64,000 nt of DNA from a virus (lineage: Duplodnaviria; Caudoviricetes): positions 1 to 64,000 of IMG/VR virus record IMGVR_UViG_2744054895_000001, one strand, 5' to 3'. Both the position numbers and the translations under genes were made by a program. This document shows positions 37,177-47,335 of the stretch, one piece after another (position 1 is the first letter of the stretch; every line of letters starts with the position of its first letter). Below the pieces are notes generated by a model. It did no database searches. It was not told the origin of the DNA and saw only the letters and a program-made list of their open reading frames with translations.

Positions 37177-38859
37177 CTAGGAGAAGACGAGACTGAACGT
37201 TGTCCCCCAAGGAACATTCTCCCGGAGAATCTCCGTAAGTCGTTGTGCGTGCCTTGCCCTTCCGGGGAAGTAGAGGCTTTTTGAGGAGTCGTTCGACCCT
37301 TGCCACAGGTAATCGGCGGAAGGATCTGAGCCGTCGAAGTACTCCCCCAGTTCCGAGCCCTCTTCCACGAGAATGTCGTCCGCCCAGAAAGCGATGCCGT
37401 TATTGCTGGCCGCGTATGTGGCTTTGGGTGCCAGAATGCCTGCGTATACCTGGCGTGTGCTGGTGGCAGGTGGTGTCCAGGTGTAGTAGACGCGCACCCA
37501 GTCACCGTCAACCAACTCGGGACGGTTCGCCTTGATCCAGTCTGTGTCTGGGCCGTAGCGGTACGTGGTGCCGAGTGGGTCCCAGGCTGCTGCGCTGAGG
37601 GCTGGATAGCCAGATGGGACGTTCACCCACGCCGATATGGTGTGGGGGACGCCCGTCTTCAGCAGGTCGCCGCCCTTGGTACCGGGGTTGATGCCGCCCA
37701 GAGTGGCAATTCCGACCTGTGCAGGAGCAGTTCCCCCGCTGGGAACCTGAAATTTCAAAGAGCCGGGCTTGGTTCTTCCCTCGACGCTGTCCCAGGTGAA
37801 TGTGTTGGTAACGCCTGAGACGCCGTGATATCCCCAGCGTGCGGTACCCGAGTTCATTCCAGGGTTGTTGACAAGGTTGACTCGCTTGGGTTTAACCCGG
37901 ATTTGCAGGTCCCGCGGCGCCTGCCAATCGGGCACTCGGTATGCCGGATCCTGTGACTCGTAGGCGAGGTAGTGTGCGTCGGAGTAGAAGTACCAACCGA
38001 TCTGCGGCGACGTATTTCCGTAGTAAACGAACGGCGTCACGCACGCGTACCGGGCGGTGCTCGGCGCGGTCACGCTGACCTGTGCGGTGGACCAGTAGCC
38101 GTTGGGCTGGCTGGTGTTGTCGCTGGCCGAGGACAGCCCGTCGTAGACCAGCTTGTAGTTGGCGTCGTAGCAGCGAACCCAGACCCGCCAGCGTCGGGAG
38201 ATGTCGGTGGATACAGAGACGCGGGCGGTGATTCGGCCGCCACCGGCCTTCAGCGGCGCGAGGGCGTCGGTGTGCGGCTCCAGTGCCCAGCCGGTTGAGC
38301 CGCTGGGAATGTAGATGGTCGTCGCCTTGGCCGAGTATTCGCCGACCAGGGCTCGCTCTTTGGTGCGCGTCGCGACGGTGCCGTTGTACGACTCGTAACA
38401 CATGTGGTCGTCGTGGAAGGCTGCCGACCGGTCCAGCAGGTTGCCCGAGGCCGCCTTGGCGAACTGGACGCGGTCGAATGCGACCGTTGCATTCGTCGGC
38501 AGGTTGTCGTAACGCAGCCCGACGCTGGCGTAGGCGGCCCCGTTCCACAGCTTCCCAGCTTCGCCGCGGTTGTAGTCGATGGGCACAGCCGCGGTAATGC
38601 TCGTGCGTTGCCACGTGGAGCTCAAGGTGGCGAGCAGGTCCGAGCCGCCGACCCAGGACATCGCCGGATCGGCCGAGGAGGGGTTGGCGATGCCGAGGTC
38701 GGCGAATCCGCCAGCCGGGTGCAGCGTCGTCATCGCAGCGGTGCCGCTGGTGCTGCTGGTGGCCGATCCGGCGATGAGGAGCGAGTACTGAGTGATGGGG
38801 TCGCTGCCCGTCGTCTCGACGATCGCCTGTATCGGCTGGGTGGAGAGAACCGGCATCAC
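37177..38859 (-). CDS. Tail/baseplate protein with carbohydrate-binding-like domains
   Basis: R.NLV.NP, YFDGS, W.G....S.S.Y motifs; position in the tail operon. Confidence 0.7.
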   Translation of the reverse strand: MMPVLSTQPIQAIVETTGSDPITQYSLLIAGSATSSTSGTAAMTTLHPAGGFADLGIANPSSADPAMSWVGGSDLLATLSSTWQRTSITAAVPIDYNRGEAGKLWNGAAYASVGLRYDNLPTNATVAFDRVQFAKAASGNLLDRSAAFHDDHMCYESYNGTVATRTKERALVGEYSAKATTIYIPSGSTGWALEPHTDALAPLKAGGGRITARVSVSTDISRRWRVWVRCYDANYKLVYDGLSSASDNTSQPNGYWSTAQVSVTAPSTARYACVTPFVYYGNTSPQIGWYFYSDAHYLAYESQDPAYRVPDWQAPRDLQIRVKPKRVNLVNNPGMNSGTARWGYHGVSGVTNTFTWDSVEGRTKPGSLKFQVPSGGTAPAQVGIATLGGINPGTKGGDLLKTGVPHTISAWVNVPSGYPALSAAAWDPLGTTYRYGPDTDWIKANRPELVDGDWVRVYYTWTPPATSTRQVYAGILAPKATYAASNNGIAFWADDILVEEGSELGEYFDGSDPSADYLWQGSNDSSKSLYFPGRARHAQRLTEILRENVPWGTTFSLVFS

Positions 38860-41618
38860 AGGCTCCGTTCGAGCAGGCCGAAGTACGTTCCGTCAGGCGT
38901 GGTCTGGGAGATCGAGGCCAGCCTTTTGGGAGCAATGCCTGGGGCGGTGTACTGGTAGACCTCGACCAGGTTCGAGGCGTGGTTGACGTAGATGCGTCCG
39001 CCGTCTGGGATTTCCGGCCAGGTCGCCATGACGGTGACGGTGCCGCTGACGGTCTTGGTAAGTCGGGTTCGGGATGCCATCCAGAAGCTGGTGGCGTTGC
39101 TGTTGGAGCGGAAGACGATCCCGTGCTCTGCGGCGGAACCTCGTCGTGGCCTGCTCATGAACGTGATGTAGAAGCGCCAGTCGCCGATAGGGGCAGCCCC
39201 CGGCATCTGATTCAGCGCCCAGATGGTGTATGGAGTGCTGCTTGGGGTGACCGGGGACAACATGCCGTCCGAGACGACCCACGTACCGCTCGTCGTCCAG
39301 GCGGATGGGCTTGACCACCGCGTGGAGTAGCTGCGGTCACCGCTGAAGTTGGAGTTGGGCTCGTTGAAGCGTTGGAAGAACGTCTGGGAGTACACAGCCC
39401 CGTCGTTGACGGTGGTGACGAGGTTGCCCTGCTCGTCGTACCAGTCGATGAAGGGGCGCGCGAGACTGCTGGTGGCGCCGGCGAGCAGCTTGGTGTACGC
39501 GGATGCTGTCCAGCTCTGCTGCGCTGAGCCTGCAAAGGACCAGTGGGTGTTGTCCGCCGCGTCTCCGTCCGGCTGCTTGTTACGGGAGTCGACGCGGGCG
39601 ACGTAGGCGAAGTTGTTGAACGCTACTCGCTCGCCGGCTATGTAGCTGACCTGGGGGCTCCACTGCGGGATGCGGTTCAGAGGCACGCCCCAATGCCTGA
39701 CCATGGTCGGCATGGGCAAGGGGGTGATTCCCTGGGTGTCGGAGACCTCCCACACGTTGCGGTCCGTGCCCGGTTCGACATCCTGGTTCTTGACGAGCGC
39801 TCGCCACACTGTGCCGCTGGTGTCACGGACTAGATTGTCCAGGACGTAGGTGGTGTCGGCTGACCAGGTCCGAGCGGTGGGTGTGCCGACCGAGCGCACG
39901 CCGAGGGATGCGGCCGCGGTTCCCTGATTGGTGACGGTGGCGGCGTTGTTGTCGGTGTCGGTTCCTGTGACCGCGGTGAGGCCGGCGGCCACGCTCAGAC
40001 CGCTGGGGTAGGCGCCTGTCGACAGGTTTCGCAGGCTCCAGGTCGAGGGTGACAGGGTGGTGGGGTTGGTCAGGCGGTCGCCGACGTCGATTCGAGTGGC
40101 TTCGGTGACCTTGCTCCACCAGCCGCTGCCGTTCACTGGTTCCTGGCCGCGCGAGGGGTCGACGGTGCCGGTGACGACGAAATAGTTGAAGCCGGCGTTG
40201 TCGTCGGTGGCTGCGGCGTTCTTGCCCACGATCTTGGTCGTGAAGGTGTGGGTGCCGGCCGTAAGTGTGTACCGCCCCAGGTAGCGGGTCTTGGGGGAGG
40301 TACGAGGCTTTCCGGCGATGGGGCTCAGGTAGTGGTCGACGGTTCCGATGCTGCTGAGTGCCCCGTCGATGGCGTAGGTCGTCTTGCCGTAGGCGGTCCC
40401 GTCGGTGGCGGTGACGGACAGGTCGTAGACGCCGTCGGCGGCGATCGTGAAGTTGACGGTGACGTAGGAATTCGTAGTGCCGCTGAGTACGAGGAACGGC
40501 GTGGTGCCGTAGACGAGTGTGCTCCCGCTGGTGCTGCCCGAGCTGGGTGGAGTCTTCTTTACCGTGCCCGAGCTTGCGGCGACCGGCATGGTGTCGGCCC
40601 GCGTCGAGGTGGTGACCGACTTGATCGCGGTCCACAGAGCACCTTCGTGATCGACGACTTCGCCGCCCTGGTAGGTCAGGTTCGCGTCCCAGGCGGGGAA
40701 CTTGGGGTTGGCCCAGTTCGCCTGGTCTTGGTTGAGCATGAGGTTGCCGCTGCCGACGATCTCGACATCCCATCCGGTGAGGATGTTGATGAGGTTGGCG
40801 ATGCCGTCGTCGGTCCCTCGGCTACGGGCCAGAGCGACGGCCTTGTGGGTGTGGACCCGGCGACGGAGGGGCTCGTCGCTGGCCTCGGTTGAGACCCCGA
40901 ACTGGTGGGCCAGGCTGTTGATGGCGCTGCTCGGTGCGGTGTCGATGCGGCGGAGGTCCCGCAGGATGCCAGTTTCAGTCGCAATCGTGTCGAGTTGGTG
41001 GCCGAAGACGCTGAGGAACTGAAACAGCTCCGGGTTGGTGACGCCGACTTCGTATCCGGTGACCTCAGTGGTGTCGAGCCTGTAGGCGCGTGGGATGGAC
41101 TCGTACAACCGCAGGGCGTAGCCGTGGTCGAGGATGGACAGGCCGGCGGCGGCGCCAGCCCGCACCCAGTTCTCGGTCAGGGTGGTGTGCTGCCAGTATT
41201 CGGTGCTGCTTCCTGGTGTGATGCCGATGCTGCCTGCCACGGCGGCGTAGTTGACGCCGTTGTAGCTGACGACGTCGCCGGTCGTATACGTGATGGTGCT
41301 CGCCCAGGCCGTGACGCCGAGGAAGATGCCGTAGTAGTAGACGCGGCCCTGGGGCAGGCCGATGTCGTCCCAGGTGCGGCCTGGAGCGCTCTGCGGAATC
41401 TCGGCGATCACTGTGCCGTCGTCTCCGTGCGTGGGCACGCCGAAGGCGTTGCGGACGATCCGTAGGACGCTCCAGGTGTTCTGCGACGCGGCTCCCCAGG
41501 CAAGCTGGATATGGCGGGGGGCAACGGACGTTGCGGTGACCGGCTCGACGCTGTACTGGACCGCGGTGTCGGCGCCGTAGAGGCTCTTGCCGTAGTAGTC
41601 GTAGCCGTACACGGCCAT
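38856..41618 (-). CDS. Baseplate wedge/tail protein with CBM5/12-like repeats
   Basis: Four W....TY..G..V...G..Y/W.A repeats; P2 gpI-like region (LAHQFG..RGT..GI). Confidence 0.7.
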   Translation of the reverse strand: MAVYGYDYYGKSLYGADTAVQYSVEPVTATSVAPRHIQLAWGAASQNTWSVLRIVRNAFGVPTHGDDGTVIAEIPQSAPGRTWDDIGLPQGRVYYYGIFLGVTAWASTITYTTGDVVSYNGVNYAAVAGSIGITPGSSTEYWQHTTLTENWVRAGAAAGLSILDHGYALRLYESIPRAYRLDTTEVTGYEVGVTNPELFQFLSVFGHQLDTIATETGILRDLRRIDTAPSSAINSLAHQFGVSTEASDEPLRRRVHTHKAVALARSRGTDDGIANLINILTGWDVEIVGSGNLMLNQDQANWANPKFPAWDANLTYQGGEVVDHEGALWTAIKSVTTSTRADTMPVAASSGTVKKTPPSSGSTSGSTLVYGTTPFLVLSGTTNSYVTVNFTIAADGVYDLSVTATDGTAYGKTTYAIDGALSSIGTVDHYLSPIAGKPRTSPKTRYLGRYTLTAGTHTFTTKIVGKNAAATDDNAGFNYFVVTGTVDPSRGQEPVNGSGWWSKVTEATRIDVGDRLTNPTTLSPSTWSLRNLSTGAYPSGLSVAAGLTAVTGTDTDNNAATVTNQGTAAASLGVRSVGTPTARTWSADTTYVLDNLVRDTSGTVWRALVKNQDVEPGTDRNVWEVSDTQGITPLPMPTMVRHWGVPLNRIPQWSPQVSYIAGERVAFNNFAYVARVDSRNKQPDGDAADNTHWSFAGSAQQSWTASAYTKLLAGATSSLARPFIDWYDEQGNLVTTVNDGAVYSQTFFQRFNEPNSNFSGDRSYSTRWSSPSAWTTSGTWVVSDGMLSPVTPSSTPYTIWALNQMPGAAPIGDWRFYITFMSRPRRGSAAEHGIVFRSNSNATSFWMASRTRLTKTVSGTVTVMATWPEIPDGGRIYVNHASNLVEVYQYTAPGIAPKRLASISQTTPDGTYFGLLERSL

Positions 41619-41646
41619 GAGGTTGTCTCCCGGGGGTGAGCCGTGT

Positions 41647-42480
41647 TCAGCCCGGCAGCGCCGGATCGAGGTCGTCAATGGGACGGCTGGTCATGTCCTT
41701 GGGCAGCGCGCGGATGTAGGTCAAACCGCACCAGCCCCATGCCGTGAGGTTGCCGACCGGGTTGGGGTAGCTCTTGCGGTTGTGGACGCGCATGGAGTCC
41801 ATGTGGCGGATCTGGAGCTGGAGGCGCTCCCCCTGGAACCACTCGCCGGCATAGGTCAGGTCGGCTCGGTGGTAGCCGTGGGTACCGCGGGGGTTGGTCG
41901 ACGAGCCGGTGGCAACATCGGTGTCGTGGTCGGAGAGGTACATGCGCGCGTAGCACATGTGGTCCAGCGAGTTGGGGCCCTTGGCGATGGTGGCGATCAG
42001 CCGCGTAGTGATGATCCACCAGCCGGTCTGCGGGCAGGTGAGTGTCGGGCTGGAGTTCCAGGGGAAGAACTTGCCGCCCCGGATGCCGCTGTCGGTGTAC
42101 TTCCGGTTCCAGATCACGGGGTGCCAGTCTTTGGTGATGTCCACGTCGAGCTGGTCGACGGTCGGAGGGATGCTGGTGCCGGAGGCCCTGACCGTGCCGA
42201 CGGGCAGGTTCCATCCCGTGTGGCTGGCGTCGGCCAGCGCGTTCACGGTGTCGGCGACCTGGTCGTCGTAGCGCTGCATGGCGTCCAGGCGCGAGGCGAC
42301 ATCCTTGTACTCGTGCTTCTTGCCAGCCGCATCGGTGTAGACCTGCGGCTTGGTGCCGACGACCGTTTCGACACCGGTCAGTTCGTCCTGAATCTCGTTG
42401 ACGTCGGCGGCTAGGACGAAGTCCCGGCCGTCCTGGTGAGTTGGGAACGTACGGATCGCGTTGGGGTAGACCTTGCTCAT
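41647..42480 (-). CDS. Putative virion protein
   Basis: YP..I..F...D..D.V.A..VN.IQ.E...E..G..P motif; follows baseplate J. Confidence 0.6.
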   Translation of the reverse strand: MSKVYPNAIRTFPTHQDGRDFVLAADVNEIQDELTGVETVVGTKPQVYTDAAGKKHEYKDVASRLDAMQRYDDQVADTVNALADASHTGWNLPVGTVRASGTSIPPTVDQLDVDITKDWHPVIWNRKYTDSGIRGGKFFPWNSSPTLTCPQTGWWIITTRLIATIAKGPNSLDHMCYARMYLSDHDTDVATGSSTNPRGTHGYHRADLTYAGEWFQGERLQLQIRHMDSMRVHNRKSYPNPVGNLTAWGWCGLTYIRALPKDMTSRPIDDLDPALPG

Positions 42481-42489
42481 CTGGTGTCC

Positions 42490-43995
42490 TTACTGGCCGC
42501 CGTCTGCGGTGATGTAGATCTGGCCGGCCACGGGGATCTCCCAGTCGCGGCAGATGATGTCCTGGGCGCCGGTCTGCTGTCCGTCGGCTCGGGCCAGGAG
42601 CGGGATGGTCACGTACTCGACACCGGGAATTCCGTCGAGCAACGCGAAGATCTTGGATGCGGGGATGCGCTGGCCGAATGAGGAACGCTGGCTGGAGAGG
42701 AGGTCCTGCAACGCCTTCTGGGCGGCCAAGACGACGTCTGCGGCTCGGAAGTTGCTGTAGACGCCGAGGACCAGGGGGCTGCTGGCCGAGCCGATGTTGA
42801 CGCCGACCAGCGTGCCGGGGACGACATCGACGTAGACCCCGGTCAGGGTGCGGTCCTGGACATAGCGGGCGGTGGCGGTGAGTTGGTCGTCGGAGGGTAC
42901 GGCGTTGTCCGCCCCGACGGTGGCGATGGTGATGGAGCTGTAGTGGGCGCCGATCGCCTTCGCCTTGGAGTTGCCTGGCACGGCGAGGGCCAGGTCCTCG
43001 AAGTCGCGCAGGCTCACCGCCCGGTCCTGGGCACGGAATGTTTTGGGCGCGTTGGTGCGGATGGATTCGGTGCTCTCGACTTCTCTGCCGCCGGTCATGG
43101 CGGAGGAGCTGGCGATGTAGACGCCGGCGAGGCCGACGGTGACGTCGATGATCTGATTGGCGTCGATGTTGCCGCGTGCTCCCCCACCGACGCGATAGGC
43201 GGCGTACACGGGGACGTCGAGGTCAGGGACGGCCCCGAGGGTGCCGTCTCCGAAGGTGACGGTGACCACGCCTGTGTCAGAGCTGGTGATGGTGAACACC
43301 TGGTCGCTCCCTGTGGTGGTGAGCCGGTCGTTGGTGACCTGCCACTCCACTGGGGAATCGCTGCCGACGAAGACGCGGACGCTGTCGACCAGCACCGGGG
43401 AGGACGGCAGGGTGAACGCCTGATTCTCCGTCCCGTCGGATGTGCCCAGACTCTCCACCAGGATGAGCGTCTCGGTCGCGGTGCCCGCGCCGATCGTGAT
43501 GGTCTGCGAGCCGGCAGTTGCTCCTTCGGTGACGCGTGCTGTGACGGACCCGCTTTGTCCCGGCACCGTGACTGCATCGTCGAGCTCGAACGTGAGTGGG
43601 GCGTCCAGGCTCTCAATGAAGGCGGTGGTCACCTGCGTTCCGGCGGGGATGAAGACGTCTGTGGTCTGCGTGGCCTCGGTGGCGAAGGTGACTGTGCCGG
43701 TGGCGGGTGCCGCTGCGGCCGGTGTGTAGCCGATGATCGCGGCATGCGCGAGGACGGAGGACCGCTGCGTCGCGGTTTCCAGGAAGGCTTCTCGTGCCGC
43801 GGCGTCTTGGTAGTAGCTCAGGACGTCGCCCATGTACGCGAAGAGGTTGACGAGCAGAACGCCGAAGTCTGACGTGTTCCGGCCGGACCATTCCGGGTAC
43901 ACACGTGCGGCGTGGTCGAGCATGGCCTGCCGGAAGCCCTCGAAGTCTTTCGAGGTGTAATCGATAGCCGGCGAGCTGGAAGTCAGATCCGCCAC
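42490..43995 (-). CDS. Baseplate J/gp47-like wedge protein
   Basis: IDYTSKDF, PEW..DFG, E.FL.TA..R.S, GG...ES.E.IR..AP, RAVS..DFE. Confidence 0.9.
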   Translation of the reverse strand: MADLTSSSPAIDYTSKDFEGFRQAMLDHAARVYPEWSGRNTSDFGVLLVNLFAYMGDVLSYYQDAAAREAFLETATQRSSVLAHAAIIGYTPAAAAPATGTVTFATEATQTTDVFIPAGTQVTTAFIESLDAPLTFELDDAVTVPGQSGSVTARVTEGATAGSQTITIGAGTATETLILVESLGTSDGTENQAFTLPSSPVLVDSVRVFVGSDSPVEWQVTNDRLTTTGSDQVFTITSSDTGVVTVTFGDGTLGAVPDLDVPVYAAYRVGGGARGNIDANQIIDVTVGLAGVYIASSSAMTGGREVESTESIRTNAPKTFRAQDRAVSLRDFEDLALAVPGNSKAKAIGAHYSSITIATVGADNAVPSDDQLTATARYVQDRTLTGVYVDVVPGTLVGVNIGSASSPLVLGVYSNFRAADVVLAAQKALQDLLSSQRSSFGQRIPASKIFALLDGIPGVEYVTIPLLARADGQQTGAQDIICRDWEIPVAGQIYITADGGQ

Positions 43996-44084
43996 GGTGC
44001 GTTACTCCTGAATTGGGACAGGGGAATGGGTCCCAATTAGTGCACCGTATGGAGATCAGTTTATGAGGCGAGGAATCCCGAGTG

Positions 44085-45203
44085 TTAGAGGGTGCCGCCG
44101 ACCACGTGCCCGCCGGGCATGATGTGTACGCTTTCGGTCTGCTCCACGTCTGTCCCCGGCGTGGTGGTCAGGGCGACGTCGACTTCGACGTCCACGATGC
44201 CCTCCTGGTCGTCGTTGACGACCGGCCGGATGCCTGTGATGACGGCGTCCGGCTCCCACCGTGCCATGGCGTCGCGTACCGCGTCGTTGATGATGGCTGC
44301 GGCGATCGGATCGCTGGGACGGAACAGAGCAGCGGATATGTTGGAGCCGAACGCGGGCTCGCCTACGTACTCACCGGGCACGGTGGCCACCACGGCGCGT
44401 GAGCGCTGGACGAGCATCTTGTCGGGATCGGTAAGGACGGCCACCCTGCCCATGGCGTCGAGCTGGAACGGCATGCGCATTTGAACGGTGCCGCCGCCGG
44501 GGTAGCCGGCGACACTGGTGACTGTTGAAGGGTCCGCGACGGGCTGGAGCATCGAGCTACTGGTGGGACGTCCTTGCGGCCACGTCTCGGCGATGGCGGC
44601 CATGACCGCTGAGGCGTAGGTGTAGAAGGCGTCGGTACGCCGGGAGGCGTCAGCGATCGACGCGATCTTCAAGTCTCCGCCGAGGTAGAAGCTCTCCCGC
44701 AGGCTCTGGCTCAGTTCGAGCTGGACGCCTTGGCCGCGAAGGTTGCGGTTGGCGATGTTCAGGGGGTCGTTGCCGTCGAGCTCTTGCGGGGCCGCGGACA
44801 CCGTGAAGCCTGCCGCCGTGAGTCGCTGCGCTATCGCGTCCCCGAGTTCTGTGTCGCGTCCGCCGAGATAGGTAACCGGGTCGGTACCGCTGGCCCCGTG
44901 CCAGGCCACCGTCCATTCGGCGGCGCGAAGGACCCGGAAGACCGTCGGCTCATCGAATCGGGTGCTGGTGATGTGCAGCGCTGTATTACCGCTGCTCATG
45001 AGGCCCTGGAACGAGTAGAACGCGTTGTTGCTGGTGGAGGCGCAGTAGTCGGCGAGTTGCGTGGTGGGGGCCTCTATCGCACCGCCGTGGATGGCGATGT
45101 GCGCGCCACGCGCTCCGCTGACGATCCGCGACGATATGAGGTAGTCCGTGCCGAGGGCCTTGTTCGCGGCCAGGTCAGGGTAATTGGAGTAGGTGTCGGC
45201 CAA
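44085..45203 (-). CDS. Poly-gamma-glutamate hydrolase (PghP/DUF867) domain fused to gp25-like baseplate wedge domain
   Basis: AIHGGAIE, LHITSTRFDEP, HG, NIANR..GVQLELS; C-terminal PF..T.PGE...P.FGS...RWEP. Confidence 0.8.
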   Translation of the reverse strand: MADTYSNYPDLAANKALGTDYLISSRIVSGARGAHIAIHGGAIEAPTTQLADYCASTSNNAFYSFQGLMSSGNTALHITSTRFDEPTVFRVLRAAEWTVAWHGASGTDPVTYLGGRDTELGDAIAQRLTAAGFTVSAAPQELDGNDPLNIANRNLRGQGVQLELSQSLRESFYLGGDLKIASIADASRRTDAFYTYASAVMAAIAETWPQGRPTSSSMLQPVADPSTVTSVAGYPGGGTVQMRMPFQLDAMGRVAVLTDPDKMLVQRSRAVVATVPGEYVGEPAFGSNISAALFRPSDPIAAAIINDAVRDAMARWEPDAVITGIRPVVNDDQEGIVDVEVDVALTTTPGTDVEQTESVHIMPGGHVVGGTL

Positions 45204-45214
45204 GGGGCTGGTCC

Positions 45215-45895
45215 TTAAGTGATGATGCCCAGGTGTACCCGCGCGTTGACGTAAAAGGCGTCCCCTGCGTTTCGGGTGAAGCCGACGGGCTTGTCGAAGT
45301 GCACATCGCCGACGGTGTTCACGTAGCCCAAGCTGGTGACGTACGTGCCGTCAGCCTGTATCTCTATGGCTGGGTAGCAGACCCGGTAGTTGGGGTTGTA
45401 GAAGCCATCGGGCAGGGTGAACGCTGTTGCCGCCGCTGCTGGGTCGGTGACGGTAAGGGCACCGCACAGGTGCAGGTTGCCCCAGGCATCCCGGCGGAAC
45501 TGGATGGGCTGGACTCCTGTGACTCCGGCGAACGCGGTGGTCGTTGCCCAGTTCGCTTCCATGACCGGGTTCGTCCAGTGATCACTGCTGAGCAGTGGGT
45601 TGGCGGCCGACACGGTCATGCCGTCGACGGCACCTGCGGCAATCTGAGCCCCTGCGATCAGGCCGGGTTCGGCCGTCCAGTACACCAGCCGGGCGCCTCC
45701 GCCATCGAACGCTGTCCAGACTCGTTCTCCCACGGCCGCCTGCCGGGTGACAGCCCCTGTGGGGTGGGCCCATCCGGTAACCGATTCACCGGAGACCTGC
45801 GGGACACGCAGACGCACTCGTCCCAGCCCCTGCGGATCCTGGGCGTGCGTGACGACGGCTGCATAGACGTCGCTACCCTTTGAGGTCAGCGCCAT
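45215..45895 (-). CDS. Baseplate spike/assembly protein V (OB-fold)
   Basis: Y.AVV...DP..LGRVRLRVP...GWA...VGE.VW..F.GG. Confidence 0.8.
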   Translation of the reverse strand: MALTSKGSDVYAAVVTHAQDPQGLGRVRLRVPQVSGESVTGWAHPTGAVTRQAAVGERVWTAFDGGGARLVYWTAEPGLIAGAQIAAGAVDGMTVSAANPLLSSDHWTNPVMEANWATTTAFAGVTGVQPIQFRRDAWGNLHLCGALTVTDPAAAATAFTLPDGFYNPNYRVCYPAIEIQADGTYVTSLGYVNTVGDVHFDKPVGFTRNAGDAFYVNARVHLGIIT

Positions 45896-45897
45896 GG

Positions 45898-47067
45898 TTA
45901 CGCCCTTCCCACGTGCTGAGCGCGCCAGCGGCCATCGATCAGAGTGGTGCCTGGTGGGATTTCGCCGACCCGACCAGCCTTGAGGATCGAGTCGAGTCCG
46001 TCGATGCGGTTGCGACCGAGGGTGGTATCGGTCCAGTACACCCCAGACGCTGGCTGGTTCGGGGTGACGGAGATGCGGTGCGTGGTTGAGCGCACCATCC
46101 ACAGCCCCGAGTCGTTGGGCCCGAGCGCGCTGCCAGCCACTTCCAGCTCCGTGCCGGGACGCACACGCGCGTCTCCGAGCACCGTGGCCTCTGCGTGCAC
46201 CCACAAGCGCTCGCGGCGGACTTCGGCGGCGAGGATCTCGGATGCCTCTGCCTGGGTGGTGAAGGGCCGCCCGGTGCTGTACTGGGTCACCGTGGCGTCT
46301 TGTGTGCCTTCAGCCACGACACGGACGAGCGCTCCCGTAGCGCTGTTGAATGAGTAGCCCTCGCGCCGGGTGCGCATACCGCCGAGTGGATCCAACTGCC
46401 CAGCGGTGGACTTCCAGGTCTTGACTGTGTCGCCCCGGTGCCTGGCGTACTGAAATGCCGGAAGGTCCTCCCCTGTCTCGCGGAGGGACACCAGGGGATC
46501 TGTGAACGCGATGGTCGTGCCGCGGGGCGTCATCCGGTAGCCGACCTCGTCGGCCAGGTCTCGCAGGAAGGTGAAGTCGGAGGTGGCGCGCTGTGGGATG
46601 GTTTCGAACAACCGGCTTCCCTGCTGCACTTGTGGCCGCAGGCCAGCACTGCGGGTGATCGTTCGCGCGATATATGAGGCGGTTGCCGACGACCACAGAC
46701 GGTTGACCTGCGACTGCATGTGGTACGTCGGACCGATGCAGGTGTAGACGACGGGCACCTGCACAGACGAGGTGGCCGACTGGTGGAAGTCGCTGCCCTT
46801 CACCGAGACCGAGGTCACATAGCCGTAGTACAGGGCAGCATTGACCGAGTCGCCGAAGCTCAGCGCTACGGGTGTGCCCTCGGGCATGACGCCTGCCGCG
46901 TCCAGGGACCAGCCCGACATGCTGGAGCCACGCTGCACCTCGTGAATCACCGTGATCTGCGCAACCTCGTGGAGTGACTCTCCCTGGCTGATCACGGCAT
47001 CGGTGACCCACTTCCTCCCGCTCAGCGCCGGAGTTGCCAGGGATATGCTCGGCCACTTGCTAGACAA
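45898..47067 (-). CDS. Baseplate hub (gpD/gp27-like)
   Basis: Q...SD..FL..LA..GY; GD.R..PG..V.G...G.W.V....H. Confidence 0.75.
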   Translation of the reverse strand: MSSKWPSISLATPALSGRKWVTDAVISQGESLHEVAQITVIHEVQRGSSMSGWSLDAAGVMPEGTPVALSFGDSVNAALYYGYVTSVSVKGSDFHQSATSSVQVPVVYTCIGPTYHMQSQVNRLWSSATASYIARTITRSAGLRPQVQQGSRLFETIPQRATSDFTFLRDLADEVGYRMTPRGTTIAFTDPLVSLRETGEDLPAFQYARHRGDTVKTWKSTAGQLDPLGGMRTRREGYSFNSATGALVRVVAEGTQDATVTQYSTGRPFTTQAEASEILAAEVRRERLWVHAEATVLGDARVRPGTELEVAGSALGPNDSGLWMVRSTTHRISVTPNQPASGVYWTDTTLGRNRIDGLDSILKAGRVGEIPPGTTLIDGRWRAQHVGRA

Positions 47068-47335
47068 TCGGGATCCTAATTCTTGTGCCGACGGCTACTT
47101 TCGTCCAGTTCAGAACCTGCGGGTTGACGTCTGCTATTCGCCACCACTGGGAGGCATCGCCGTAGTTGCGGTACGACACCAGATCCGCTCGGTCGCCTTC
47201 AGCCCATGCGTAGATCCGTACGGTCGCGGAAACCACACCTGCACTCTTTGGAAGAATCACGTTACGGGATTTGCCGTCACTTCCGGTAATAATGGTGGTC
47301 ACGCTGGATGCGTAACGCGAATTCGCGGAAATCAC
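47060..47335 (-). CDS. LysM/gpX-like baseplate protein
   Basis: GDR.D.VS...YGD...WW.IAD.NP...G..IRIP. Confidence 0.8.
   Translation of the reverse strand: MISANSRYASSVTTIITGSDGKSRNVILPKSAGVVSATVRIYAWAEGDRADLVSYRNYGDASQWWRIADVNPQVLNWTKVAVGTRIRIPIV

Noticed and set aside
44011-44038. Inverted repeat aattgggac/gtcccaatt as a mobile element end
   Set aside because: No transposase or target-site duplication; more likely a regulatory hairpin
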